Notes: generated by a model from the sequence alone, not told the origin. A stretch of DNA of 64,000 bases from an uncultured Bacteroidota bacterium (GCA_913057895.1 CAJXOH010000001.1:110584-174583); one strand, 5' to 3'. Shown: positions 44,688-54,988, counted from the stretch's first letter. A program made the numbers and translations.

Positions 44688-46823
44688 TTACTCCTCGGAG
44701 TCGTTAGCCTGGTCTTGTGGTGGATCTAAGAGTGCTTTTCTAGACAGTTTTAATCGACCGCCATGCTCAATCTTGAGTAGCTTAACATCTACTTGATCTC
44801 CAACCTTGAGTACATCTTCCACATTTTTGATACGCTCATGGGCAATTTCAGAGATATGTAAGAGGCCTTCTTTTCCAGGAACTAATTCAACAAAGGCGCC
44901 ATATTCTTTGACACCTTTGACGATTCCTTGATATGTCGCACCTTCATCAAGATGGCCAACGATGCCTTGAATACGTTTTTTGGCATCTTCGGCACGCTCT
45001 AAATTGTCTGAGGCAATAGTGATCACCCCTTTTCCAGCAGCATTCTCCTCAATGAGTATGTCTGTGCCAGTCTCCTTTTGTAGTGTCTGAATTACTTTAC
45101 CACCAGGCCCAATGACGGCACCGATTGAATCCCCGTCAATCTCCATGACAACGAATTGTGGAGCATATTGAGAAATAGACTCTTTAGGTTGTGAAATTGT
45201 TTTTGCCATTTCACCCAGGATATGAAGTCTACCTGTATGGGCTTGCTTTAATGCTCGCTCAAGGACTTCAAATGATATACCTTGCACCTTCATGTCCATT
45301 TGAGTTGCTGTGATCCCCTTCTCTGTACCTGCAGTTTTAAAGTCCATGTCACCCATGAAATCTTCTTCACCACGAATATCGGATAGAACAACAGTGTCAG
45401 ATTCTCCCACGATCATTCCCATTGCAATTCCAGCAACTGGAGCTCTTAACGGAACACCAGCATCCATAAGTGCCATAGAGCCACCGCATACGGAGGCCAT
45501 GGAGGAAGAGCCATTAGACTCAAGAATATCTGAAATTACACGAATGACATAGCCAAACTCTTCAAATGATGGAAGTACCTTCTTTAGGGATCTTTCCGCA
45601 AGATTACCATGCCCAATCTCCCGTCTTCCCGGTCCACGCAGAAACCCTGCTTCTCCGGTACTGAATGGTGGGAAATTGTAATGTAGCATGAATTTTTTGG
45701 CTTCGTCAGAGAACAATGTATCTACACTTTGTTCATCTCTCTTTGTACCAAGTGTTACAGACACTAAAGATTGAGTTTCACCACGGGTAAAAATAGCAGA
45801 TCCATGCGTTCTAGGTATATATCCAACTTCCGTCCAGATATCACGGATATCCTCTGGTGAACGACCGTCAATGCGTCGCTTATCCACCAAGATTTGCTGT
45901 CTTAGGGTCTCCTTTTCAAAATCCCCAAAGATTCCACGAATTGTTTTTTCCTCGTCTGCATATTGCTCGTCTTCCAAGATCGTGGCCACAACTTCCTCAC
46001 GAAGCTCTCTTAATTGACCATTATACTCTTCTTTCCCAAGCCCTTGCTTTACGATAGCTTGGATTTTGGTTAGAGCTGCATCCTTCACTTTTTCAACCAG
46101 TGTGGCATCTTTCTCCACAGGGACAAATTCGCGCTTCTCTACACCAAGCTTCTCACGAAGTTCATTTTGAAACTGACACAATTTGACAATAGCTTCATGT
46201 CCAGCTTTGATGGCATCCAGCATTTCCGCTTCCGAAATCTCATCCATCTCCCCTTCGATCATCAGTATACTAGACTCAGTTCCACCAACGACGATATCGA
46301 TATCGGATGATCTAAGTTCAGTGACCGTAGGATTAATGACAAAAGAACCATCGATACGTCCAACACGCACCTCAGCCATAGGTCCATCGAATGGAATGTC
46401 GGAAAGATGAGTCGCTAAAGACGCTCCAACACCCGCCAAAACGTCTGCTTGATTCTCTCCGTCTGCAGAGATGACAGACCCAATAACATGCGTATCGTTT
46501 ACGTACCCTTTAGGAAACAAAGGTCGCATGACGCGGTCAATAAGACGGCTGGCAAGAATTTCGCTTTCAGAGGATCTACCCTCTCTTTTCATAAAGCCAC
46601 CAGGAAAACGCCCTGCAGCAGAATAACTCTCACGGTAGTCTACGGTTAAAGGAAAGAAATCTTGACCTGGTTTAGGTTCTTTATTGCTAACCACAGTACA
46701 TAGGGCCATTGTATCGCCCATGCGAATTACGACGGACCCACTCGCTTGTTTTGCAAGTCTTTGCGTTTCTATAGAAAGCTCCTTACCGGGAGCAAATTCG
46801 ACGGAATAAAATTCTGCTTTCAT
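44688..46823 (-). CDS. pnp: polyribonucleotide nucleotidyltransferase (PNPase)
   Basis: 711 aa with two RNase PH domains and KH and S1 domains (GIVKGVKEYGAFVEL). Confidence 0.97.
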   Translation of the reverse strand: MKAEFYSVEFAPGKELSIETQRLAKQASGSVVIRMGDTMALCTVVSNKEPKPGQDFFPLTVDYRESYSAAGRFPGGFMKREGRSSESEILASRLIDRVMRPLFPKGYVNDTHVIGSVISADGENQADVLAGVGASLATHLSDIPFDGPMAEVRVGRIDGSFVINPTVTELRSSDIDIVVGGTESSILMIEGEMDEISEAEMLDAIKAGHEAIVKLCQFQNELREKLGVEKREFVPVEKDATLVEKVKDAALTKIQAIVKQGLGKEEYNGQLRELREEVVATILEDEQYADEEKTIRGIFGDFEKETLRQQILVDKRRIDGRSPEDIRDIWTEVGYIPRTHGSAIFTRGETQSLVSVTLGTKRDEQSVDTLFSDEAKKFMLHYNFPPFSTGEAGFLRGPGRREIGHGNLAERSLKKVLPSFEEFGYVIRVISDILESNGSSSMASVCGGSMALMDAGVPLRAPVAGIAMGMIVGESDTVVLSDIRGEEDFMGDMDFKTAGTEKGITATQMDMKVQGISFEVLERALKQAHTGRLHILGEMAKTISQPKESISQYAPQFVVMEIDGDSIGAVIGPGGKVIQTLQKETGTDILIEENAAGKGVITIASDNLERAEDAKKRIQGIVGHLDEGATYQGIVKGVKEYGAFVELVPGKEGLLHISEIAHERIKNVEDVLKVGDQVDVKLLKIEHGGRLKLSRKALLDPPQDQANDSEE

Positions 46824-46836
46824 AATATTGGACTAA

Positions 46837-46855
46837 ATGCACCCCAGTGGTGCAT
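46837..46855 (-). promoter_or_regulatory. rpsO-pnp intergenic hairpin (partial terminator / pnp leader structure)
   Basis: On the minus strand, ATGCACC-actgg-GGTGCAT (7-bp stem, 5-nt loop) is followed by TTTAG. It lies 20 nt after the rpsO stop and 13 nt before the pnp ATG. Confidence 0.5.
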
Positions 46856-46875
46856 GGATTTGTTGAGTTGATTCC

Positions 46876-47145
46876 TTACTTACGGATATTGAGCTTCTTA
46901 ATGAGCTCTCTGTAGCCTTCGATGTCCTTTTTCATGAGATAATCAAGCAGACGACGACGTTTACCGACAAGCATTAATAGTCCACGACGAGTGGCGTGGT
47001 CCTTTGGATGGCTCTTTAGATGATCTGTTAACTCATTGATGCGAGTTGTATGAAGAGCAATTTGCCCCTCTGTAGAGCCCGTATTGGTGGCCGATCCACC
47101 AAAATCTTTAAAAATCTTTTCTTTCTTTTCCTTGGGTAATGACAT
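46876..47145 (-). CDS. rpsO: 30S ribosomal protein S15
   Basis: 89 aa. Motifs: [45 protein letters not shown]. Confidence 0.97.
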   Translation of the reverse strand: MSLPKEKKEKIFKDFGGSATNTGSTEGQIALHTTRINELTDHLKSHPKDHATRRGLLMLVGKRRRLLDYLMKKDIEGYRELIKKLNIRK

Positions 47146-47216
47146 GTGAATATGTGTGAATAATAGTTTCTTTACAGCATAGTAAAATAACGCTTTTTAT
47201 TGCCGTAAACAAAGTA

Positions 47217-48149
47217 TTAGGTCCTGCTTAACATTTCTCTTGCAGTGACTTCATCTTTGCCTAACTGTTTGATTAATTCATTCACCCCATCAAAAGAGCG
47301 TTCATCTCTTATGCGTTGAATAAATTGTATGCGACATATTGTACCGTACAAATCACCCTTATAATCAAATAAGTGGACCTCTAAGTTCTGGCTAGAAACC
47401 CCGAAAGTAGGTCTAACACCAATATTAGCCATTCCCTTTAAGGTCTGATTGGCTCCTTGAATATCACATAATACTGCATACACACCTGTCTTAGGAATAC
47501 ACTTTTTCACAGATTTTAATGCAAAGTTGAGCGTTGGATATCCAAGAGTGCGACCACGCTGTTCTCCCATAATCACTGTCTCTTCAAGAGTGTAATGGTG
47601 CCCTAGCATTTTGGATACTAATTCCATTTGGCCTTGGTGAATCGCTTTACGTATTACAGTGGAACTAACTTCTTGCTCATTTTGAGTGAGTTCAGGAAAC
47701 ACCGATACCTCAAACTGATGTTTAAGTCCAAGCTCACTGGCTAGTTCATGCCCACCTTGACGATCTTTTCCGTAATGGTGATCATATCCGATCCATAATT
47801 CACGACAACCAATCCTCTTTACAATCGTTTCTTCAATGAATTCAGTGGATGAGGTTAATGAAAAAGCCCTAGTGAAAGGAATCACAATAAGCTCGTCTAA
47901 TCCAAGGTCACGCAGACTAGAATAGCGCTCTTGTAGAGTCGTTAAGTAACATATAGGACCCTTGGGTGACCCAATGACTTCACGTGGATGAGGATCAAAT
48001 GTGATAAGTGTAGCGGTGCATCCACGGTCCCTTGCTGCGTCAATCACATGCTTAAACAAGGCTTGATGACCAATATGGACGCCATCAAAGGTGCCAACCG
48101 TTACGACTCGATCTTTGTTAAAGACTACATCTGATAGATGGGTAATCAT
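47217..48149 (-). CDS. ribF: bifunctional riboflavin kinase / FMN adenylyltransferase
   Basis: 310 aa. Motifs: VTVGTFDGVHIGHQAL, and the kinase-domain GYPTLNF...GVYAV...ANIGVRPTF. Confidence 0.93.
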   Translation of the reverse strand: MITHLSDVVFNKDRVVTVGTFDGVHIGHQALFKHVIDAARDRGCTATLITFDPHPREVIGSPKGPICYLTTLQERYSSLRDLGLDELIVIPFTRAFSLTSSTEFIEETIVKRIGCRELWIGYDHHYGKDRQGGHELASELGLKHQFEVSVFPELTQNEQEVSSTVIRKAIHQGQMELVSKMLGHHYTLEETVIMGEQRGRTLGYPTLNFALKSVKKCIPKTGVYAVLCDIQGANQTLKGMANIGVRPTFGVSSQNLEVHLFDYKGDLYGTICRIQFIQRIRDERSFDGVNELIKQLGKDEVTAREMLSRT

Positions 48150-48889
48150 ACGCGTTCACGAGTTTCTAAAACTGTGCAAAGATCCTCTACAGTCCATGCA
48201 CTAGACACGTCAAAAGATCCTGACTTTGTACGTCGAAGTTCATCAATGACACCGATTGAATTCACAGCTTTTGCAATATCACTAATGAGTGTCCGTATGT
48301 AAGTACCTTTACCACAAACAATCTCAAGGCTACATTGTTTCCCAGTATAGTCTAGAATTTCACATGATTCTATATAAGCGTTTCGCGCTTCTCTTTCTAC
48401 CTCCTCACCCCTACGTGCATACTCATAGAGACGCTTTCCATCCTTTTTTAACGCTGAAAACATCGGGGGAATCTGTTGAATGGTACCAATAAACTGTGTG
48501 GTAATTATTCGTGAAAGCTCCTCTTCTGATACGGGATCCCAAGGCATACTTTCACTGATATCTGTAGCACGGTCAAGACTTGGTGTGGTTTCACCAAATG
48601 TAAACGTTGCATGATAGGTCTTGAGATGCTCTTGAAAGGTCTGAATTGCTTTTGTAGCACGTCCGACACAACATACAAGAACACCTGTTGCTAATGGGTC
48701 TAATGTACCTGCATGCCCTATTTTTTTAACTGGGATACGTGGCTTTAGTTTACGTATGACATCAAAACTGGTCCATTCATAGGGCTTATCGACTGGAATA
48801 ACCAAACCATTTTGCCACGTCTCTACACTACATGTTGAGATAAGATCTTTATCCTTGGATGTAACTGATGAGTAACCTTGTGAACTCAT
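48146..48889 (-). CDS. truB: tRNA pseudouridine(55) synthase
   Basis: The catalytic motif GHAGTLDPLATGVL is present. The start is reassigned to ATG 48889, 7 nt after the rbfA stop. The 283-aa track ORF would otherwise overlap rbfA by about 100 nt with a basic, non-conserved extension. Confidence 0.9.
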   Translation of the reverse strand: MSSQGYSSVTSKDKDLISTCSVETWQNGLVIPVDKPYEWTSFDVIRKLKPRIPVKKIGHAGTLDPLATGVLVCCVGRATKAIQTFQEHLKTYHATFTFGETTPSLDRATDISESMPWDPVSEEELSRIITTQFIGTIQQIPPMFSALKKDGKRLYEYARRGEEVEREARNAYIESCEILDYTGKQCSLEIVCGKGTYIRTLISDIAKAVNSIGVIDELRRTKSGSFDVSSAWTVEDLCTVLETRERV

Positions 48890-48896
48890 TCTACAC

Positions 48897-49280
48897 TTAC
48901 TCTGACGAGGATGACTCCTCATCATCGGCTTTTGGAGGTATTGGGCCAACCTTTTGGAATAAAGATTCAATTTCCTCTGCTTTCTGTGCTGTGTCATCCA
49001 AAAAGAATAACAAATCAGGCACTCGGCGTACTTGATTTCTTATTCGCTGCGCCAACGAATGCCTAATTGAGACTTGTGATTGATCTATCGTCTCTAGAAT
49101 AGCCTTTTCATCTCGATTGGGAGCAAAAATACTTAGATACACCTTTGCAATGGATAAATCATCGGTCATCAAGACATGAGTAATGCTCACAAAACTTCCA
49201 GATGGTTGATATTCTTGCTGCAGAATTTCTCCCAAGTCTTGCTGAATCTGTCCGGCAAGTCTTTGTGGCCTAATCCCCAT
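48897..49280 (-). CDS. rbfA: ribosome-binding factor A
   Basis: 127 aa. Its location between infB and truB fits, as does the RbfA-like core (ITHVLMTDDLSIAKVYLS, PDLLFFLDD). Confidence 0.88.
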   Translation of the reverse strand: MGIRPQRLAGQIQQDLGEILQQEYQPSGSFVSITHVLMTDDLSIAKVYLSIFAPNRDEKAILETIDQSQVSIRHSLAQRIRNQVRRVPDLLFFLDDTAQKAEEIESLFQKVGPIPPKADDEESSSSE

Positions 49281-49282
49281 AA

Positions 49283-52015
49283 TTATTTCGATGCTTGCTC
49301 GAGTGTGCGCTTCTCTTCGGTGATTTCGTAGGACTCTATTTGATCGCCTACCTTCAAGTCATTGAAATTAACAATACTGATCCCGCACTCATATCCATTT
49401 GCTACCTCTTTAACATCATCCTTGAATCGTTTTAATGAATCGATCTCACCTGTATAGACGACGATGCCATCTCGGATAATTCGTACTGGATTGTTGCGCT
49501 CTATTTTTCCATCCGTAACATAGCAACCAGCGATGGTTCCGATTTTAGAGATTTTAAATACTTCACGAATATCTACAGTACCCTTGATTTCTTCTTTAAT
49601 TTCTGGACTTAAGAGCCCTTCTAATGCATCTCGAACTTCATCAATAGCGTCATAGATTACACTAAATAAGCGAATATCAATGGATTCAGTCTCTGCAAGT
49701 TTTCGTGCACTAGTTGTAGGTCGAACTTGGAATCCAATAATAATGGCATCAGATGCAGATGCTAAAAGAACATCAGATTCAGTAATGGCTCCCGATCCAG
49801 TATGGATAATCTGAACAGTTACTTCTTCGGTACTCAATTTCTGAAGTGAACCAGACAAGGCCTCAATCGATCCATCCACATCAGCCTTGATAATGATATT
49901 TAAATCTTTTACTTCACCCAGAGCCATACGTCTTGCAAGATCATCAAGTGTTAGATGCTTGGTCTTACGAAGTGCTTGCTCACGTTTGATTTGTTGACGT
50001 CGATTCGCCAATTCCCGAGCGGACTTCTCATCTTTCATCCCTTGGAGTTTATCACCTGCTTGAGGGATTTCATCGAATCCAGTCAATTGAAGGGGCGTTG
50101 ATGGACCTGCTTGTGTAAGACGATCTCCAAATTCATTCTCCATTGCACGAACACGACCGGCAGTCGGCCCTGCGACAAAAGGATCCCCAACATTTAGAGT
50201 CCCTTTTTCAACAAGAACGTTAGCAACAATCCCTTTTCCTTTATCGACCCTCGCTTCTAAAACTATTCCAGTTGCTCGACGATCTGGATTTGCTTTTAAA
50301 TCCTTTAATTCGGCTTCAATAAGAACTTTGTCGAGTAAGTCATCAATTCCTTGGCCAGTTTTGGCAGACACAAGGGCAGATTGGTTCGTCCCACCCCACT
50401 CCTCAACGATGACCCCATGTTCAGAAAGCTGTTGCTTGATTTTATCAGGATTCGCTCCATCCTTATCTACCTTATTGATAGCCACCACAATAGATACTCC
50501 AGCTGCCTTAGCGTGGTTTATAGCCTCAATGGTTTGTGGCATCACAGAGTCATCTGCAGCAACAACAAGGATCACGATATCTGTGATTTGTGCTCCTCTT
50601 GAACGCATGGCCGTAAATGCTTCGTGGCCTGGTGTATCAAGAAAGGTGATTACTCGACCATCGTCAGTCTTTACTTCATATGCTCCAACGTGCTGTGTGA
50701 TTCCACCCGCCTCACCAGCAGCCACTTTTGCAGATCGTATATAATCCAAAAGAGAGGTTTTACCGTGGTCAACATGCCCCATTACAGTAATAATGGGCGC
50801 TCTAGGCTTTAAGTCTTCAGGAGCGTCTTCAATCTCTTCAATATCGTCTTCTAGCATCTCATCAGCGGTGATAAATTTAACCTCCTGATTAAACTCTTCC
50901 GCTAAAAGTTCGATAGTCGCTGCATCCAATCGTTGGTTGATAGAAACCATCATCCCAAGGTTCATACAAGCCATGATGATCTCGTTGGCATTGACACCCA
51001 AAAGCTCTGCAAGATCGCTTACGGTGACAAATTCACTAACCTCAAGAATCCCTGCCTCGAGTTCCTGTTCAATTTGTTTTAACTCAGCCTCTTCAGCACG
51101 TTCATCACGTCGTTGTTTTCGACGTTTTTGACGTTTTGAGCCCACAGAACCACCTTGCTTTAGCTCTTGCAAGGTTTTCTTCATTGAACGATCAACCTCC
51201 TCAGCTTCAACTTTGGTCTTCTTTGATTTCCCCTTTTTCTTTCCTTTTCCAGAACCAGATTCGGTTTCTAAGGTTGGATCGGTCGCAACACGATCTTTTT
51301 TACGCTTTCTTGTAGCAGCTGGTTTTCCGCCAGTAACCCCCGTTCGTTTCTCTTCAGAAAAGGTCACACGGCCTAATACTTTTGTCCCAGATAGATTATC
51401 AGACTTGGCGCGAATTGTAATCTCAGGATCTTCTTCATCGATTCCGTCTTCAATCTCTTCGTCTATCTCCTCTGTGTCGTCTTGCGACGTCTCAGAATCG
51501 GCTTCCAACGCTTGATCATCTTCTGAGTCAGCATCTGAGGTAAACTCATCTTCAACAGGACTCTCATCTTCATCCGTAACCGCGTCCTCTTGTTCGACCT
51601 GTTCTACTTCTTCAGGTTCATTGGCGGCGTCTGTAGGCTCTACATCTTCATCCTCAACCGTCGTTGCTTCAGGCTCTTCTTCTTCAACTTGAGGTTCAAT
51701 TGTAGGTTCTTCACTGGGCTCAAGAGATGGTTCAATCGATGGTTCTAAGGTTGGTTCCAGCGAGGGTTCCAAAGAAGGTTCGAGAGAGGGCTCGAGCGAG
51801 GGTTCCAGCGATAACTCAGGACCTGCATTTGATGGTTGGCCATCTCCCTGATCACCAAATCCATAAGCATTTTCCAATACAACCTGCATTTCAGCCGTAA
51901 TCGTACTATTGGGTTTGTTTGCAACCTCAAAACCATGATTCTCGAGTGTTTCTACGATAGATGCCGTAGATACATTGTATTCAGATGCGACTTTAAAGAG
52001 TTTCTTTTGGCTCAT
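49283..52015 (-). CDS. infB: translation initiation factor IF-2
   Basis: 910 aa. It has the IF2_N start ([11 protein letters not shown]), a G-domain ([24 protein letters not shown]) and a long acidic/repetitive linker. Confidence 0.97.
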   Translation of the reverse strand: MSQKKLFKVASEYNVSTASIVETLENHGFEVANKPNSTITAEMQVVLENAYGFGDQGDGQPSNAGPELSLEPSLEPSLEPSLEPSLEPTLEPSIEPSLEPSEEPTIEPQVEEEEPEATTVEDEDVEPTDAANEPEEVEQVEQEDAVTDEDESPVEDEFTSDADSEDDQALEADSETSQDDTEEIDEEIEDGIDEEDPEITIRAKSDNLSGTKVLGRVTFSEEKRTGVTGGKPAATRKRKKDRVATDPTLETESGSGKGKKKGKSKKTKVEAEEVDRSMKKTLQELKQGGSVGSKRQKRRKQRRDERAEEAELKQIEQELEAGILEVSEFVTVSDLAELLGVNANEIIMACMNLGMMVSINQRLDAATIELLAEEFNQEVKFITADEMLEDDIEEIEDAPEDLKPRAPIITVMGHVDHGKTSLLDYIRSAKVAAGEAGGITQHVGAYEVKTDDGRVITFLDTPGHEAFTAMRSRGAQITDIVILVVAADDSVMPQTIEAINHAKAAGVSIVVAINKVDKDGANPDKIKQQLSEHGVIVEEWGGTNQSALVSAKTGQGIDDLLDKVLIEAELKDLKANPDRRATGIVLEARVDKGKGIVANVLVEKGTLNVGDPFVAGPTAGRVRAMENEFGDRLTQAGPSTPLQLTGFDEIPQAGDKLQGMKDEKSARELANRRQQIKREQALRKTKHLTLDDLARRMALGEVKDLNIIIKADVDGSIEALSGSLQKLSTEEVTVQIIHTGSGAITESDVLLASASDAIIIGFQVRPTTSARKLAETESIDIRLFSVIYDAIDEVRDALEGLLSPEIKEEIKGTVDIREVFKISKIGTIAGCYVTDGKIERNNPVRIIRDGIVVYTGEIDSLKRFKDDVKEVANGYECGISIVNFNDLKVGDQIESYEITEEKRTLEQASK
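51691..51810 (-). repeat. 10 tandem 12-nt units encoding (S/T)-(L/I/E)-E-P tetrapeptides inside infB
   Basis: On the minus strand: TCGCTGGAACCC TCGCTCGAGCCC TCTCTCGAACCT TCTTTGGAACCC TCGCTGGAACCA ACCTTAGAACCA TCGATTGAACCA TCTCTTGAGCCC AGTGAAGAACCT ACAATTGAACCT. This encodes SLEP x5, [20 protein letters not shown]. Confidence 0.95.
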
Positions 52016-52042
52016 GGAGCGGTATTGATCAACTATTAAGTA

Positions 52043-53365
52043 TTAAACTTCGTCTGTTTCTGCTGTTTCTTCAGATTCTACAGATGTGGCTTGAGTGTCT
52101 GCTTCAACTGTATCCTCCTCAAACTCAAAAGCAATTACAGAAAGGATATTCTCTGCTAATTCCTTTGAAATTCGTGATTCTGTTCTAGCCACAATCTCAT
52201 CCGCATCTAGATCCATAACAGCACGTGCGGTATCAAGTCCAATCTGGCGAAGCTCTTCAATCATTTCTGACCCAAAATCTTCAACAAATTCCATGATATC
52301 AATATCATCAGTCTCTTCTTCGACCTCACGGTATACGTCGATTTCACATTCTGTTAAACGCGTTGCTAAACGAATGTTCACTCCGTTCTTTCCAATGGCC
52401 TTAGACACCTCATCTGCAGGAACCAAAACCTTGGCAAAAGAGCCGTCTTCATTGAGCTCTACATTCAATACGTTTGCTGGTTGAAGTGCACGCTTGATAA
52501 ATTCAATCTTGTCAGATGTGTAATTGATCACATCTATATTTTCGTTCTGAAGCTCTCTTACAACGGAATGAATTCTTACGCCTTTCATCCCAACACATGC
52601 TCCAACGGGATCTATTCGTTCATCATGCGACAAAACTGCCACTTTGGATCGATTTCCAGGTTCTCTAGCAATACGCATGATTTCAATTACCCCGTCAAAT
52701 ACCTCTGGAATCTCGTTTTCAAAAAGTCTCTCTAGAAACATTGGAGAGGTTCTCGAAATCACAACGGATGGAGTTCCATTAAAACGTTTCACTTCTGTAA
52801 CGACTGCTCTAATAGAGTCACCCTTGCGATATCGGTCCTTATCAATTTGTTCACTCTTGGGTAAATAGAGTTCTACGCCATTATGATTAACGAGGATGTC
52901 AAAGTTGTGACGTACCTGATAGACATCGCCAAGAATGATTTCTCCGATACGATCAGAGTACTCATCAAAGATGTTCTCTTTTTCAATCTCACGAATACGT
53001 TGAGATAGTTGTTGCTTAGCCATCGTAACTGCACGACGACCAAACGATTCAATGCTTACTTCTTGAGCATATTCATCATATAACTCAAGATCTGCATCTT
53101 GTTCTTTAGCGTCTTCTAATGAAATTTCAGCCACTGGGTCCGTTAATTCTTCCGCAGGAACGACCTCTCGCACATGTAGGATTTGAATCTCTCCACGGTC
53201 AGGGTTAAGAATCACTGAAAAAGCGTCATCAGACTCATATTTTTTTCGAATCATAGATCGAAATACATCTTCAAGGATTTCGAGAAGTGTCTCTCGATCC
53301 ATGCCCTTTTCTTTGGCTATTTCAGTAAAGGATTGAACAATGATTTGTGATAAATCGGGTTGCAT
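52043..53365 (-). CDS. nusA: transcription termination/antitermination factor NusA
   Basis: 440 aa with NusA_N, S1 and two KH domains (GACVGMKGVRI) and an acidic C-terminal tail. Confidence 0.96.
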   Translation of the reverse strand: MQPDLSQIIVQSFTEIAKEKGMDRETLLEILEDVFRSMIRKKYESDDAFSVILNPDRGEIQILHVREVVPAEELTDPVAEISLEDAKEQDADLELYDEYAQEVSIESFGRRAVTMAKQQLSQRIREIEKENIFDEYSDRIGEIILGDVYQVRHNFDILVNHNGVELYLPKSEQIDKDRYRKGDSIRAVVTEVKRFNGTPSVVISRTSPMFLERLFENEIPEVFDGVIEIMRIAREPGNRSKVAVLSHDERIDPVGACVGMKGVRIHSVVRELQNENIDVINYTSDKIEFIKRALQPANVLNVELNEDGSFAKVLVPADEVSKAIGKNGVNIRLATRLTECEIDVYREVEEETDDIDIMEFVEDFGSEMIEELRQIGLDTARAVMDLDADEIVARTESRISKELAENILSVIAFEFEEDTVEADTQATSVESEETAETDEV

Positions 53366-53373
53366 AGAATCAC

Positions 53374-53850
53374 CTAAAACGAGGGGGTTACGTAAACATG
53401 TTGAATGATAGTGTGAGGGATCAGTGGTAATTCTTCCACTTTTTTCCCATTAGCTATTGTCAGCTTAACTCCTTCTTCTGTGTATTCTTTGAGAATACCA
53501 TGTACTTCTATAGGCTCAGAACTTGCATCTTCGCTGTCAAGGAGTTCAATTTTTACAGAGCGGCCCTTATTCTTTGAAAACTGCCTAGGATCGGACAATG
53601 GTCTATCTAATCCAGGAGACGTAACATTAAGAATATACGCGTCGTCTAAAGATTCATGAGCTTCCATCAACAATGCTAGTTCCTTGCTGATTTTACTACA
53701 ATCATCCACGTCTACACCCTTGGTTTCGTGATCAATTACGATCCAGCACTCTTTACGTCCTTTGGGTACGATGGTAACCTCTAACAGAAAGTACCCGTAG
53801 GATTCTACGACCGGTTGTGCTAGTTCTTTTATATTATGTGTAATTGACAT
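53374..53850 (-). CDS. rimP: ribosome maturation factor RimP
   Basis: 158 aa. It lies immediately upstream of nusA and has the pattern LNVTSPGLDRPL. Confidence 0.9.
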   Translation of the reverse strand: MSITHNIKELAQPVVESYGYFLLEVTIVPKGRKECWIVIDHETKGVDVDDCSKISKELALLMEAHESLDDAYILNVTSPGLDRPLSDPRQFSKNKGRSVKIELLDSEDASSEPIEVHGILKEYTEEGVKLTIANGKKVEELPLIPHTIIQHVYVTPSF

Positions 53851-53867
53851 ATCTGCTTACTGACAAT

Positions 53868-53887
53868 AAAAAAAGCGAGACCCTCGC
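53868..53887 (-). terminator. terminator-like hairpin in the rimP-nusA-infB leader
   Basis: On the minus strand, GCGAG-GGT-CTCGC is followed by TTTTTTT (53874-53868). It lies 17 nt upstream of the rimP ATG. No minus-strand gene ends just upstream of it, since the neighbouring gene is on the + strand. Confidence 0.45.
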
Positions 53888-53939
53888 CGGGCTCACTTAA
53901 CACCTAAAATATAACGTAATTCCATCTAAGAACCAATCT

Positions 53940-54434
53940 ATGACTCGCTTAGCCCTTTTGCCTTGGATCATAATTCCCAGCCTTTTTCTCCTATTACATG
54001 GATGTCAAAATGAATCTCAATCAACTTCGTCCGTCTCGAGAGAGCTAATAATAGAGGATACGCTAGAGTTTATTCTGAAGGATGGTGAATCATTACCTCT
54101 TGAGGTAGCACTCGCCAACGATAATGACGAGAGAGCTGCGGGACTTATGTACATCCGATCCATGGATGAAAACCAGGGCATGCTGTTTGTTTTTGAAGAT
54201 GAACAACCAAGGAGTTTTTGGATGGCAAATACGCCTCTTGCCTTGGATATGCTCTTTGTCAATGAAGACTTAGAAATTGTGACGATTCACCGAAATACAC
54301 AGCCTTTTTCACAGCGAAACTTTACGTCAGAGATACCCGCCAAGTATGTTATTGAGGTTAATGGTGGGTATACCATTAGGCATGATATTCAAGAAGGAAT
54401 GAGTGTCCGAATAAATGAAGTGGCAGCAGAGTGA
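53940..54434 (+). CDS. DUF192 domain-containing protein
   Basis: 164 aa with a signal peptide. DUF192 pattern: ERAAGLMYIRSMDENQGMLFVF...FWMANTPLALDMLFV. Confidence 0.85.
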   Translation: MTRLALLPWIIIPSLFLLLHGCQNESQSTSSVSRELIIEDTLEFILKDGESLPLEVALANDNDERAAGLMYIRSMDENQGMLFVFEDEQPRSFWMANTPLALDMLFVNEDLEIVTIHRNTQPFSQRNFTSEIPAKYVIEVNGGYTIRHDIQEGMSVRINEVAAE

Positions 54435-54985
54435 AGTTGATCTAGAGTACCAGAGTTATCAATCACAGTATCGGCATAAATCTCCATTTGCTCCTGTGAC
54501 ATCTGTGCCTCCATTCGTTCATGTATTTGCTTTTTGGTCCAATTCCTGTGATCCATCAATCTTTGGACTCTTGTCGCTTGATCAGCCACGACCAACACGA
54601 CATGATCAAGATACTCTGGCCTCCCTTTTGTAAGCAACAAAGCAGCCTCTTTGACCAATATCTCTAGACCCTGCTCTTTGGCTTGTACAATTTGATTCAT
54701 TGTCTCTGCATGCACTGCTGGATGCACCCAGGATTCGACCAAATCACGTGCATCAGTATCCTGGAAAATGATTTCAGCCAACGCTTGGCGATTAAGTTTA
54801 CCATCGTCCAGATACAGTGTTTCGCCAAATTCATCCATTAGACGGTTTTTTAGCGTGAGGTTCGTCTCCATCAGATTAATTGCCATATCATCGGCATACA
54901 AGACACGACACCCAAGAGATTCTAAAGCTTTGCAAAATTGAGTTTTTCCACTCCCGACCCCTCCTGTGACACCTATCACAATCAT
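54389..54985 (-). CDS. coaE: dephospho-CoA kinase
   Basis: 198 aa. P-loop: IGVTGGVGSGKT. Confidence 0.92.
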   Translation of the reverse strand: MIVIGVTGGVGSGKTQFCKALESLGCRVLYADDMAINLMETNLTLKNRLMDEFGETLYLDDGKLNRQALAEIIFQDTDARDLVESWVHPAVHAETMNQIVQAKEQGLEILVKEAALLLTKGRPEYLDHVVLVVADQATRVQRLMDHRNWTKKQIHERMEAQMSQEQMEIYADTVIDNSGTLDQLHSAATSFIRTLIPS

Positions 54986-54988
54986 AGC

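Noticed and set aside
48890-48997. A 36-codon N-terminal extension of truB overlapping rbfA.
   Set aside because: The extension is a basic, unconserved-looking sequence overlapping rbfA by about 100 nt. The ATG at 48889 lies 7 nt after the rbfA stop and gives a normal-length TruB.
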